64,000 nucleotides of DNA from Acidimicrobiales bacterium (GTDB taxonomy: Bacteria; Actinomycetota; Acidimicrobiia; Acidimicrobiales; RAAP-2), in contig JASHUY010000025.1 of NCBI GenBank assembly GCA_030039755.1, positions 5,158-69,157 on the forward strand. The letters run 5' to 3'. Position 1 is the stretch's first letter; every line of letters begins with the position of its first letter. The notes under the pieces are model-generated. The model made no database searches. It was not told the DNA's origin and saw only the letters and a list, made by a program, of their open reading frames with translations. The position numbers were made by a program, and so were the translations under genes. This document shows positions 44,411 to 53,288 of this stretch, piece by piece.

Positions 44411-45265
44411 GTGGTGGGGTCGACCCGCGACCTGCTGGGTGAGGACGAAGAGCTCCTCGCGGAGGTCCGTCCCCATCCGGTGGTGGTGATCGGCCCCGTG
44501 CTGCTCTTCGTGGTGGCCGTGGCGGGCGCGGTCACGATCGCGGTCCGGTACCCGGATGCGCCGGTTGCCGTTGCGTGGCTGCTCGCGGCGATGGCGGTGC
44601 TCCCCGCGCTGTGGGTCCTCGTCCGGTGGCTCCGATGGCGGTCCGTGCGGTTCCTCGTCACGACGAGCCGGTTGCTCTACCGGCGCGGGGTCGTCGGACG
44701 CGACGTCGTCCAGCTGCGCCTCCAGCGTGTCGCGGAGGTCCATTGCCGCCAGTCGCCCGGCGGGCGGCTCATCGGATGTGGCCGGCTCGTCTTCGAGGTG
44801 GCGGGTGGCGACGGCCCCCTGGTGGTCGACGACGTGCGGTGGCCCCGACGCCTCCAACAGGTGATCACCGCGCAACTCGATCGGCTCGACCCTCCGTACG
44901 GCGGCTACGACGGCGACCGCTACGGCGGCGGCTATGGCGGCTATGGCGGTTCTGGCGGATCTGGTGGACATGGGCCCTACGGGGCGCGCGGCGGCGCGCC
45001 GGCCGCCCCCGTCGAGGTGGCCCTGCGCTCGGGTGGAGGGTCTTGGGAGACGAGCTCGCCGACCGGAGGGCGCGGCAGGCGCGCCAGGCGGCCGCGCCCC
45101 TGGTCGTCGACCGATACGCCACCGCACGGCGTCCTGCTCGGTGACGGCGGCGCCGACGGCTCGATCCCGGTGCAGATCCTCCAGCTCGACGAGCTCCGCC
45201 GGCGCGGCATCATCTCGGAGGACGAGTTCGCGGCCAAGAAAGCCGAGCTGCTCGGCCGGATCTGA
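44411..45265 (+). CDS. membrane bPH (YdbS/T-like) domain protein with Gly/Tyr-rich linker and C-terminal SHOCT domain
   Basis: LLGEDEELLAEVRPHP is followed by two TM helices and then RFLVTTSRLLYRRG, matching bPH_2. The linker is GGYDGDRYGGGYGGYGGSGGSGG. The C-terminus LDELRRRGIISEDEFAAKKAELLGRI matches SHOCT. Confidence 0.7.
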   Translation: MVGSTRDLLGEDEELLAEVRPHPVVVIGPVLLFVVAVAGAVTIAVRYPDAPVAVAWLLAAMAVLPALWVLVRWLRWRSVRFLVTTSRLLYRRGVVGRDVVQLRLQRVAEVHCRQSPGGRLIGCGRLVFEVAGGDGPLVVDDVRWPRRLQQVITAQLDRLDPPYGGYDGDRYGGGYGGYGGSGGSGGHGPYGARGGAPAAPVEVALRSGGGSWETSSPTGGRGRRARRPRPWSSTDTPPHGVLLGDGGADGSIPVQILQLDELRRRGIISEDEFAAKKAELLGRI

Positions 45266-45279
45266 CGCAGGGTAAGAAC

Positions 45280-45888
45280 GTGACGCATCGACCCGAGCTC
45301 TCGGACCTGGTCGCCATTCCCGGCGGCGCGCCCCCGGCGCCTGCGTCGGACGTGGAGGGCCGGGACCTCACGGGCCGTCGCCGGACGCTCGGACTCACGA
45401 CGCCAGGCCGTTGGACGCTCCTCTTGTTCCTCGGCTCGCACTGCGACGGCTGCCTCCCGTTCTGGTCCGTGCCGCGCGCTCCTTGGTCCTGCGGCCTCGA
45501 GCCGCAGGACCGGGTGGTCCTCGTCACCCGCGGCCCCGGCGAAGAGGATCCCGGACAGCTGGCGGCGCTGACCGGGGCGCAGGCGACCGGGGACCGAGCC
45601 GATGCGGCCGGGGACCGAGCCGACGCGACCGGGGACCGAGCCGACGCGGCCGGGGACCGAGCCGACGCGGCCGACGCGGCCGGGGCGCTCGTGATGTCGG
45701 GTTCGGCGTGGCGTGCCTACCGCGTGCTCGGACCGCCCTTCTTCGTCCTGCTGGACGGCGTCGCGGTCGTGACCGAAGGAGTGGCGTGGAGTCTGGAGCA
45801 GGTCGCCGCGGACGTCGCGCGCGCACGGCGGCGGACCGCAGGGCAGCGGACCACACAGTCGGCGTGCCGTCCGCCCGTGCGACGCTGA
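45280..45888 (+). CDS. thioredoxin-fold (TlpA/redoxin-like) protein with internal heptad repeat
   Basis: Starts at GTG 45280. WTLLLFLGSHCDGCLPFW contains a CxxC motif. An internal GDRADA[AT] x4 block is encoded by the repeat at 45589-45681. Confidence 0.6.
   Translation: MTHRPELSDLVAIPGGAPPAPASDVEGRDLTGRRRTLGLTTPGRWTLLLFLGSHCDGCLPFWSVPRAPWSCGLEPQDRVVLVTRGPGEEDPGQLAALTGAQATGDRADAAGDRADATGDRADAAGDRADAADAAGALVMSGSAWRAYRVLGPPFFVLLDGVAVVTEGVAWSLEQVAADVARARRRTAGQRTTQSACRPPVRR
45589..45681 (+). repeat. in-frame 21-nt tandem repeat x4 plus a partial copy
   Basis: ggggaccgagccga[tc]gcg[ga]cc occurs at 45589, 45610, 45631 and 45652, with a partial copy gacgcggcc at 45673-45681. Confidence 0.9.
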
Positions 45889-45896
45889 CCGGCGGG

Positions 45897-46304
45897 ATGG
45901 ACTCCGAGCTCTTCTCCGTCCGGACGGACGACAGGACGGTCACCGACGTGACCGGGACGATCGCCGGCTTCTGCTCGGGGCGGGGCGACGGGATCTGCCA
46001 CGTGCTCGCGCCGCACGCCACCGCCGGCCTTGCGCTGATGGAGACGGGGGCAGGGTCCGAACGCGACCTCGAGGCGCTGCTCGAACGGCTCCTGCCGCGC
46101 GACGACCGCTACCGCCACCGTCACGGCTCGGCGGGCCACGGCGCGGACCACCTGCTCCCGGTGCTCGTGTGCCCCTCGTTGACGCTCCCGGTCGGGGACG
46201 GGCGGCTCCTGCTCGGCACGTGGCAGTCCGTGGTCATGGTCGACACGAACCCCGACAACCGCACGCGCCAGCTCCGCTGCACCTGGCTCCGTGCGGCGAG
46301 CTGA
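45897..46304 (+). CDS. YjbQ/UPF0047 family protein
   Basis: ATG 45897 lies in ORF 45411..46304. The sequence ...GICHVLAPHATAGLALME...HGADHL...LLGTWQSVVMVD is typical of the YjbQ family. Confidence 0.8.
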   Translation: MDSELFSVRTDDRTVTDVTGTIAGFCSGRGDGICHVLAPHATAGLALMETGAGSERDLEALLERLLPRDDRYRHRHGSAGHGADHLLPVLVCPSLTLPVGDGRLLLGTWQSVVMVDTNPDNRTRQLRCTWLRAAS

Positions 46305-46414
46305 GGGAGGCTCGAGGATCACGGCGACCCGGCAGGTGATACACCCTTCCGTCAAGCTGACCCCGACGAGTGACGCACAGCGGCACGGAGGGTGCCGGGC
46401 GAAAGGGGACGGCG

Positions 46415-46612
46415 ATGGACACGATCACCGTGGAGTGCGACTCCTGCGTGATGCGAGGAACGGAAGCGTGCGACGACTGCGTCGTCACGTTCCTGCTCGG
46501 TCGGGAGCCTGATGACGCGGTGGTCATCGACGCCGAAGAGGCCAGGGCGATGCGGATGCTCGAGCAGGCGGGTCTCCTGCCGTCCCTCAGGTTCAAGGGC
46601 CGAGCGGGCTGA
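46415..46612 (+). CDS. small Cys-rich protein (65 aa)
   Basis: ATG 46415 follows GAAAGGGGA. The sequence is MDTITVECDSCVMRGTEACDDCVVTFLL... and contains CxxC...CxxC. Confidence 0.5.
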   Translation: MDTITVECDSCVMRGTEACDDCVVTFLLGREPDDAVVIDAEEARAMRMLEQAGLLPSLRFKGRAG

Positions 46613-46696
46613 CTCGACCGGGGCCGGGCCGCGCATGGTCCGCGCGGCCCCCCGGCGGACGGCTCGGCGGAGCCGGTGCACGGGCGGGCGGCAGAG

Positions 46697-47902
46697 GTGA
46701 CCCCGTCCCGGCACCTGTTGGTCACCAACGACTTCCCGCCCAAGGTCGGCGGCATCCAGTCGTACCTGTGGGAGCTGTGGCGACGGCTCGACCCGGCGAG
46801 CTTCGTCGTGCTCACGGCGAGCTCCGACCCGGGCGCGGGGGCGTTCGACCACGCAGCAGCCGCACAGGGCTTCCGCGTCGAGCGGGTACCCGGACGGATT
46901 CTGTACCTCCCGACGCCGTCAGCCCGCGCCCGCATCCTGGCCCTGGCGTCGGAGGTGGGGGCCACGCTCGTGCTGCTCGATCCCGTCCTGCCCCTCGGTT
47001 CGCTCGGCCCGCGACTCGGGCTTCCCTACGGAGTCGTGCTGCACGGCGCAGAGGTCGCCATCCCGGCGCGGCTTCCGCTCACGCGAGGCCTTGCCGCACG
47101 GGTGCTCCGAGGCTCTTCCCTCGTCGTGTCGGCGGGGCGCTATCCCGCGTCGGAGTCTGCGCGGGCGTTCGACGGTGCCTTCCGTGACGGAGACGGCGAC
47201 GGCGACGGCGGCGGCGGTGAAGGCAGGGAGTCGGCGCCGCGGCTCGTCGAGATCCCGCCGGGCGTGGACGCCGAGAGGTTCGCCCCTTTCGACGCGGGGG
47301 CCCGGGCCGCCGCGCGGCTCCGGCTCGGGCTGCCGCCGGACTCCCCGGTCGTCGCAAGCGTGAGCCGGCTCGTGCCGCGCAAGGGCATGGACGTCCTCAT
47401 CGAGGCGGTAGGGCGCCTGCGCGCGTCGTACCCGGACCTGGTACTCGCGATCGCGGGCACGGGACGGGAGGCAGGACGGCTTGCCGCGCAGGCTCGACGC
47501 GCCGGCGCGCCCGTGCGGTTCTTCGGGCGCGTCAGCGAGGAGGACAAGGTGGCTCTGCTCGGTTCCGCCGACGTCTTCGCGATGGCGTGCCGCAGCCGTT
47601 GGTGGGGTCTCGAGGAGGAGGGCTTCGGGATCGTCTTCCTCGAGGCGGCGGCGACGGGCACGCCGCAGGTCGCCGGCGACAGCGGGGGAGCGGCGGAAGC
47701 CGTCGACGACGGCGTGACGGGCATCGTCGTGCGGAGACCTCGAGATCCAGGCGACGTGGCGGGCGCGCTCCGTCGCATCCTCGCCGACGCGGACCTGCGG
47801 CGGCGCATGGGTGGCGCAGCGCGCGAGCGGGCATGCCGTGCGTTCGACTACACAGCACTTGCCGGGAAGCTGGCCGCCGCCCTTGCGGAAGTGCAAGGCT
47901 GA
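46697..47902 (+). CDS. GT4-family glycosyltransferase, PimB'-like mannosyltransferase
   Basis: Starts at GTG 46697. LLVTNDFPPKVGGIQSYLWEL parallels mycobacterial PimB' (Rv2188c) as recalled from memory. EGFGIVFLEAAATGTPQVAG is the GT-B EX7E region. Confidence 0.75.
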   Translation: MTPSRHLLVTNDFPPKVGGIQSYLWELWRRLDPASFVVLTASSDPGAGAFDHAAAAQGFRVERVPGRILYLPTPSARARILALASEVGATLVLLDPVLPLGSLGPRLGLPYGVVLHGAEVAIPARLPLTRGLAARVLRGSSLVVSAGRYPASESARAFDGAFRDGDGDGDGGGGEGRESAPRLVEIPPGVDAERFAPFDAGARAAARLRLGLPPDSPVVASVSRLVPRKGMDVLIEAVGRLRASYPDLVLAIAGTGREAGRLAAQARRAGAPVRFFGRVSEEDKVALLGSADVFAMACRSRWWGLEEEGFGIVFLEAAATGTPQVAGDSGGAAEAVDDGVTGIVVRRPRDPGDVAGALRRILADADLRRRMGGAARERACRAFDYTALAGKLAAALAEVQG

Positions 47903-47940
47903 GCCGGCCTGCAGCTCGCCGGCTCACGGGGAGGAACACG

Positions 47941-48384
47941 GTGGCGGAACTGGCCACGGAACAGACCACGGTCGCCGCACCGCGCGAACGGTGCTACGCG
48001 GTCGTGACCGACATCGAGCGTTACCCCGAGTGGGCGGCCGACATCAAGCAGGTCACGATCGACCAGCGCGACGACCAGGGCAGGCCGCTTCTCTGCACCT
48101 TTCGTGCAGCCGCCTTCGGGCGCAGCACGAGCTACACGCTCGAATACGACTACTCCGACGCGCCCCACGTGCTGGCGTGGCGCCAGACGCGAGGGGACAT
48201 CACGACCAAGCTCGACGGCAGCTACGTGTTCGAGCCCGCCGTGGGCGGCGGCACCGAGATCACCTACCACCTCGAGGTGGAGCTGCGAGTGCCGATCCCG
48301 GGGTTCATCAAGTTGCGCGCCGCCAGCCGCATCATGTCGACCGCCCTGCGCGAGCTGAAGGCACGCGTCGAGTCGGCGGCGTGA
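47941..48384 (+). CDS. SRPBCC (cyclase/dehydrase) family protein
   Basis: GTG 47941 follows GGGGAGGA. The sequence is TTVAAPRERCYAVVTDIERYPEWAADIK... Confidence 0.8.
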   Translation: MAELATEQTTVAAPRERCYAVVTDIERYPEWAADIKQVTIDQRDDQGRPLLCTFRAAAFGRSTSYTLEYDYSDAPHVLAWRQTRGDITTKLDGSYVFEPAVGGGTEITYHLEVELRVPIPGFIKLRAASRIMSTALRELKARVESAA

Positions 48385-48388
48385 TCCG

Positions 48389-49546
48389 GTGACCGGGCCG
48401 GAGCCTGGCGACCCCGCACACGTGACGGACGTCGCATCGCCGGGGCTCACCTGGTCGGCACACGGGCTCGGCTACGGAGTCGACGTCGGCGGGACGAAGA
48501 TCCTCGGCGTCGCGATCGACCCGGATGGGAGCGTGCTCGCCGAGCGCCGGGTGCCCACCCCCCATCAGGCGGCGGCCACGGCGGCTCGGGGGCAGGCCGG
48601 GACCGCGCAAGATGGTGAGGGCGGCGCGGCGCCGTATGAACAGCACCCGGGCGACGCGGTGGCCGATGCGATCGCAGGTCTTCTCGAGGAGCTGCACGAC
48701 GACGTCGTGGCGCGGGCGGGTGCAGAGACCGCCCCCCTCGCGGAGATCCCCATCGGGATCGGGATCGCAGGACTGGTCGACACCGCGGGCGACCTTCGCT
48801 TCTCGCCGAACCTCGCGGCGGCCAGTGGCGCGAACATCGGCGAGCTCGTGACGGCGCGGCTCGGGGACGCGGAGCGGCCCGTCGCCTCCCCCTTGCGGGC
48901 GCGGAACGACGCGAACTGCACGGCGCTCGCAGAGCTGCTCCTCGGAGCGGCCCGCGGGATGCGCTACGGGCTCGTCGTGACGCTCGGCACCGGCATCGGT
49001 GGAGCGCTCATCATCGGCGGCCGGGTGCACGTCGGCGCCCGCGGCTTCGCCGGGGAGATCGGGCACATGGTGGTCGACCCGAACGGCCCGCCTTGCCCTT
49101 GCGGGAACCGGGGCTGCTGGGAACGCTACGCGTCGGGGAGCGGCTTGACGCGCCTCGCGCGGGAGGCCGCGATCGCCGGAACGCTGCACGAGGCCGTGCG
49201 CCTTGCAGGAGGTGACCCCGAGCGCGTCACCGGTGAGCACGTGACGGCGGCGGCGGCGGAAGGGGACCCGGACGCGTTGCGCGTCCTCGGCGAGCTCGGC
49301 TGGTGGATCGGGCTCGGGCTGGCGAACCTCGTGGCGGTGCTGGACCCCGAAGGGATCGTGGTGGGCGGTGGCCTCGGGCACGCCGGAGAGATGCTGCTCG
49401 GTCCGGCACGCCGCTCGCTCGCCGCGCTCGTCGAAGGTGGTGCCGCGCGCGGACCGGTGCCGGTGGTGGAGGCGGCGCTCGGGGAGCAGGCGGGCGCCGT
49501 CGGCGCGGCGCTCGCCGCGATGACGGGCTCGTTCGACAACCGCTGA
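48389..49546 (+). CDS. ROK-family glucokinase
   Basis: Motifs are GVDVGGTKILGVAID, GFAGEIGHMVV and the ROK Cys motif CPCGNRGCWERYASG. An Ala/Gly-rich insertion of about 40 aa follows the first strand pair. Confidence 0.8.
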   Translation: MTGPEPGDPAHVTDVASPGLTWSAHGLGYGVDVGGTKILGVAIDPDGSVLAERRVPTPHQAAATAARGQAGTAQDGEGGAAPYEQHPGDAVADAIAGLLEELHDDVVARAGAETAPLAEIPIGIGIAGLVDTAGDLRFSPNLAAASGANIGELVTARLGDAERPVASPLRARNDANCTALAELLLGAARGMRYGLVVTLGTGIGGALIIGGRVHVGARGFAGEIGHMVVDPNGPPCPCGNRGCWERYASGSGLTRLAREAAIAGTLHEAVRLAGGDPERVTGEHVTAAAAEGDPDALRVLGELGWWIGLGLANLVAVLDPEGIVVGGGLGHAGEMLLGPARRSLAALVEGGAARGPVPVVEAALGEQAGAVGAALAAMTGSFDNR

Positions 49547-49596
49547 CGGCGACGAGCACGGACGCTGCGGTCCACCACCTCACGGATCTTGCCGAC

Positions 49597-50271
49597 ATGC
49601 GAACCGGCGTGCTGCTCCCGATCTTCCAGGACGACGCGGACCGCGCCCTCGAGGTGGCGCGCCGGGCCGAGGAGGCGGGAGTCGACGGGGTCTTCTGTTA
49701 CGACCACCTCTGGCCGATCGGCCAGCCGGGTCGGCCCGCGCTCGCGCCGTTCCCCGTGCTCGCGCACGTCGCGACGAGGACGCGACGTATCGCGCTCGGG
49801 ACGTTGGTCGCGCGCGTCGGGCTCGTGCCCGACGCGGTGCTCCTCGGCGAGATCGCCGCGTTGGCGACGCTCGCACCCGGCAGGGTCGTGGTCGGGATGG
49901 GTACCGGTGACCACCTGAGCGCGGGGGAGAACGAGGCCTACGGCGTCGAGTTCGAGCTGGCGGCCGCGCGCCGCGCGCGGCTTCGACGGTGCGTGCGCGC
50001 CGCGCTCGACCTGGGCGTCCCCGTCTGGGTCGGCGACGGGTCCCCACGTACGCGGCGGGTCGCTCTCGAAGAGGGTGCGGCGCTGAACCTCTGGGCCGCG
50101 GGCCCCGACGAGGTGCGCGAGGAGTCCCGGTTCACCGAGGTGACCTGGGGCGGACCTGCAACGGGGCCGCTCGCGCCGACGGTCGCTCGTCTGGCGGACG
50201 CGGGCGCGACCTGGGCGGTGTTCGCCTGGCCGGTCGACATCGAGGAGCTCGTTGCCGCCGGACGGCGCTGA
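49597..50271 (+). CDS. short LLM-class (luciferase-like) oxidoreductase family protein
   Basis: ATG 49597 lies in ORF 49303..50271. The sequence is MRTGVLLPIFQDDADRALEVARRAEEAGVDGVFCYDHLWP...RIALGTLVARVG. Confidence 0.65.
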   Translation: MRTGVLLPIFQDDADRALEVARRAEEAGVDGVFCYDHLWPIGQPGRPALAPFPVLAHVATRTRRIALGTLVARVGLVPDAVLLGEIAALATLAPGRVVVGMGTGDHLSAGENEAYGVEFELAAARRARLRRCVRAALDLGVPVWVGDGSPRTRRVALEEGAALNLWAAGPDEVREESRFTEVTWGGPATGPLAPTVARLADAGATWAVFAWPVDIEELVAAGRR

Positions 50272-50280
50272 GCGGGGGCG

Positions 50281-50331
50281 CCGGCTGCTGCCTGCGACCG
50301 GCTGCTGCCTGCGACGGGCTGCTGCCTGTGA
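50281..50331. repeat. 17-nt tandem repeat x3 between convergent gene ends
   Basis: The copies are ccggctgctgcctgcga (50281-50297), ccggctgctgcctgcga (50298-50314) and cgggctgctgcctgtga (50315-50331). Confidence 0.85.
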
Positions 50332-50347
50332 CGGGCCCGGTCGGCGC

Positions 50348-50375
50348 CACCTACCGGTGACGGAGCCGGTAGGTG
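50348..50375. terminator. 10-bp stem / 8-nt loop hairpin spanning the stop codon of 50351..51544
   Basis: cacctaccgg (50348-50357), loop tgacggag, ccggtaggtg (50366-50375). It lies between convergent genes and has no U-tract. Confidence 0.35.
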
Positions 50376-51544
50376 CCCTCGGCCGCGGCGACGTCTTCGA
50401 GGAGGTTCCCCAGAGCGAGGTTCACGTCGTCGCTGTGGTAGCCGAACGCCGGACCTGACTGCTCGGTGACGAGCGGGCGCCCTGTCCCGCTCGCGTGGTC
50501 CACCTGCAACCAGGTCGCGTCGCCCGCGTGCTCACAGCGCGCGGTGTAGAGATCCGGGAAGGTGACCCAACGCGTCGTCGGGGTCGGGGAGAGCTGCGGC
50601 ACCTGGGCGCGCACGAACCATGGTGAAAGCGACCCCGACCCGCCGGCGAGCGCGGCGGGGTTCACGCAGGCGACCTGCTGGCCTTTGGACGACGCCTCTC
50701 CCGACTGGATGCTCACGCCCACCCCGGGCCGCCCGAACGGCGAGCCGGCTGGTGGCTCCGACGGGAAGCTCGAGTACGCGATCGCGCACCCGGTCTCCCC
50801 GACGGCGTCGCACAGCGGCAGATGGCGGAACGCCGACCCGACCAGCCGACCGGTGGGCACCTGGAGGTTCCCACCGGCCAGGATCGCGAGCACGGTGCGA
50901 TCGCGGAGCGACTTGTCCGGGTCGACCTGCGCGCGCAGCAGGCGGATCAACAGCGCAGCGCCCTGTGAGTGCCCGATGAAGACGATCGGCCGCCCGTCGT
51001 CGTGCGCGAGGAAGTCCTTCCACCCCGACAGCAGGCTGCGGTAGGCGACGAGCACCGCGTGCCGCGGTATCCCGGCGATGCCGTACTTGACGATGTCGCC
51101 GAGCGTCGTCTGCCGGTACATCGGCGCCCACACTGTGCAGAGCTGCGAGAAGGGTGAGGCCTCGACGATGGCCGCGTCCCGCTCCGCAGACTGGACGACG
51201 AGGTTCGTGTTGAGCGTCGTCTGCGAGCTCACCGTCGGGTAGACGTAGAAGCAGTCGAAGGCCGACGGGATGGTCGAGGCGCCCTTCTCGACGTTGCGCG
51301 TGCCGTCGGGGGCGATGCTGGTCAGTGTGAGCTTGCCGGTGCACGGGTCTTGGGCGAGGCCCGGGCGGCACAGCCAGATCGTGGCTGTGCGTGCGTGGCC
51401 GGACGCGGTGTCAGCCGGTGCGGACGTCTGGGCACCTGCGCCCGTCGAGGTCGTGGCGAACGCGAGTCCGGCGGTCGCGAGCAGCAAAGTGCTCAGCGTG
51501 AGGACGCGCATCGGAAGACCGCGCCGGGCCGGGCGCGACGTCAT
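50351..51544 (-). CDS. secreted DUF3089-type alpha/beta hydrolase (lipase-like)
   Basis: The signal peptide is MRVLTLSTLLLATAGLAFA. IVFIGHSQGA is the nucleophile elbow, and FDCFYVYPTV is typical of DUF3089. Confidence 0.75.
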   Translation of the reverse strand: MTSRPARRGLPMRVLTLSTLLLATAGLAFATTSTGAGAQTSAPADTASGHARTATIWLCRPGLAQDPCTGKLTLTSIAPDGTRNVEKGASTIPSAFDCFYVYPTVSSQTTLNTNLVVQSAERDAAIVEASPFSQLCTVWAPMYRQTTLGDIVKYGIAGIPRHAVLVAYRSLLSGWKDFLAHDDGRPIVFIGHSQGAALLIRLLRAQVDPDKSLRDRTVLAILAGGNLQVPTGRLVGSAFRHLPLCDAVGETGCAIAYSSFPSEPPAGSPFGRPGVGVSIQSGEASSKGQQVACVNPAALAGGSGSLSPWFVRAQVPQLSPTPTTRWVTFPDLYTARCEHAGDATWLQVDHASGTGRPLVTEQSGPAFGYHSDDVNLALGNLLEDVAAAEGTYRLRHR

Positions 51545-52059
51545 GCGCGCCCCTCGGGCGCGTGGTGCTCCCGGTTCGCCGGCTCATCCCCGTCCGTTCC
51601 GGCGAGGGCGAGGGTGGCCAGGGTCGCGACGGCGTCGTTCCAGGCCGCAGCCCCTACCTCCTCGACGAAAGCCTGCTCGGCGCCACGTACCGCGGACCGG
51701 ATCACCTCCACCGTCCGCAGTCCCTTCGCACTGAGCACGAGGTCCGTGCGACGGCGGTCTCCCACGTTGGTCGTGCGCAGGACGAAGCCCTCGCTCACGA
51801 GAGCCTCCACCACCTTCGACACCGCCTGCTTGGTGACTCCGATCGTCTCGACCAGCTGGGTCGCGTCCCGAGCCCCGGAGGCAAGACCCATCAGCAGCCA
51901 GTAGCCGGGGCGCGGGAGGCCGCCGAGATCGGCATCCTGCAGCCGTGCCGCGACCGCCGACGCGTAGCGCCTGCTCACCTGTCGGATGAGCCACGGCATG
52001 GACTGCGCCCAACCGTTCCGCAGGTCCCGAGGCGCGTGGTCCCGCATATCGGTTTCCAT
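51541..52059 (-). CDS. MarR-family transcriptional regulator
   Basis: Starts at ATG 52059. LVETIGVTKQAVSKVVEALVSEGFVLRTTNVGDRRRTDLVLSAKG is a winged HTH. The gene overlaps the downstream hydrolase gene by 4 nt. Confidence 0.8.
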   Translation of the reverse strand: METDMRDHAPRDLRNGWAQSMPWLIRQVSRRYASAVAARLQDADLGGLPRPGYWLLMGLASGARDATQLVETIGVTKQAVSKVVEALVSEGFVLRTTNVGDRRRTDLVLSAKGLRTVEVIRSAVRGAEQAFVEEVGAAAWNDAVATLATLALAGTDGDEPANREHHAPEGRA

Positions 52060-52197
52060 AGTTGACAGTCTACCCGATTGACGATAGCGGTGTTGTCGGT
52101 ACGTGCGTGCGCAGGCCGACACGCCGATGTGCCTGCGTGCCGAGCACCTGGGCATTTGCGTGCCGAGCACCTGCACCCCTTAGCGGTAGCCTCTCGT

Positions 52198-52875
52198 GTG
52201 GCCTATTGGCTGCTGAAGGTGGCGCTGACGCCGCTCTTCCTCCTTCTGTGGCGGGTGCAAGTCGAAGGTCGCGAGCACGTGCCGGCCGACGGGGCCGCCG
52301 TCCTCGCCGCGAACCATCAGTCCTTCTGCGACTCGCTCTTCATCCCGTTGGCGGTGCCACGGAAGGTCACGTTCCTCGCGAAGGCCGAGTACTTCGACTC
52401 ACCGAAGACGGCCTGGTTCTTCCGCGCCGTCGGTCAGATCCCGATCCGGCGTGGAAGCGGGAAGGAGGCGGAACGGGCCCTCGAGACCGCCGCAGACGCA
52501 CTCGGCGAAGGTCGGCTCGTCGCTCTCTACCCCGAGGGCACCCGGTCACTCGACGGGCTCGTGCACCGCGGGCGCACCGGCGTTGCGCGCCTGTCGCGCG
52601 AACGCGGGGTTCCGGTGGTACCGGTCGGCATCCAGGGAACCCGTGCAGTCCAACCGGTCGGAAAGCGCCTGATGCGGCCAGGCAAGACGGTCGTCGTCAG
52701 GTTCGGGCCGCCGATGTGGATGCCGCCCGGGGCGGATCGCCCGGATGCGCCCGCCGCTCAGGACCGCCGGGAGCTCCGGGAGTTCACCGACACGCTGATG
52801 CACGAGATCTCGGGCCTCTCGGGGCAGCCCTACGTCGACGAGTACGTTCCGAAGAGGAGCAGCACGGCGGCGTAG
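52198..52875 (+). CDS. 1-acyl-sn-glycerol-3-phosphate acyltransferase family (PlsC-like)
   Basis: Starts at GTG 52198. Motifs are NHQSFCD (HX4D), FFRAVGQIPIRRG, YPEGTRS and VPVVPVGIQG. Confidence 0.8.
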   Translation: MAYWLLKVALTPLFLLLWRVQVEGREHVPADGAAVLAANHQSFCDSLFIPLAVPRKVTFLAKAEYFDSPKTAWFFRAVGQIPIRRGSGKEAERALETAADALGEGRLVALYPEGTRSLDGLVHRGRTGVARLSRERGVPVVPVGIQGTRAVQPVGKRLMRPGKTVVVRFGPPMWMPPGADRPDAPAAQDRRELREFTDTLMHEISGLSGQPYVDEYVPKRSSTAA

Positions 52876-52935
52876 TCGGTCGCTCGGGCTCAGAGCTCCG
52901 GGGCCGGTCCGCGGCGACGTCGTAATCTTGCGCCG

Positions 52936-53223
52936 ATGGCGAGGTACCTCGTGCGGGTCCGGCTCCTCGACCGACCCGGCGCACTCGGACTCGTGGCAAG
53001 CCGTATCGGCGCGGTGGGCGGTGACATCGTGGCGATCGACATCCTCGAGCGCGTGGACGGCATGGCCATCGACGAGTTCGTGATCGAGCTGGCCGGGGAC
53101 GACCTGGTCGATCTGCTCCGCCGCGAGGTGCACGAGGTGGACGGCGCGCAAGTGCAGACCGTTCGGGTGCTCGATCCGCCCTCTGCGAGCGAGCCCGGTC
53201 TGCCCGACGTGGACGGGGAGTAG
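52936..53223 (+). CDS. ACT domain protein (95 aa)
   Basis: YLVRVRLLDRPGALGLVASRIGAVGGDIVAIDIL is an ACT beta-alpha-beta motif. Confidence 0.7.
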   Translation: MARYLVRVRLLDRPGALGLVASRIGAVGGDIVAIDILERVDGMAIDEFVIELAGDDLVDLLRREVHEVDGAQVQTVRVLDPPSASEPGLPDVDGE

Positions 53224-53258
53224 GGGAGCGGCGGTAAGGAGGGCCGGCCGCGTCGCAG

Positions 53259-53288
53259 GTCAGGCCAGCTCAGGCCCGGCTCAGGCCC
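53259..53288. repeat. three copies of (g)ctcaggcc(c) at the glpK 3' end
   Basis: tcaggcc occurs at 53260, 53270 and 53281. The third copy contains the glpK stop codon (tca 53281-53283). Confidence 0.7.
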
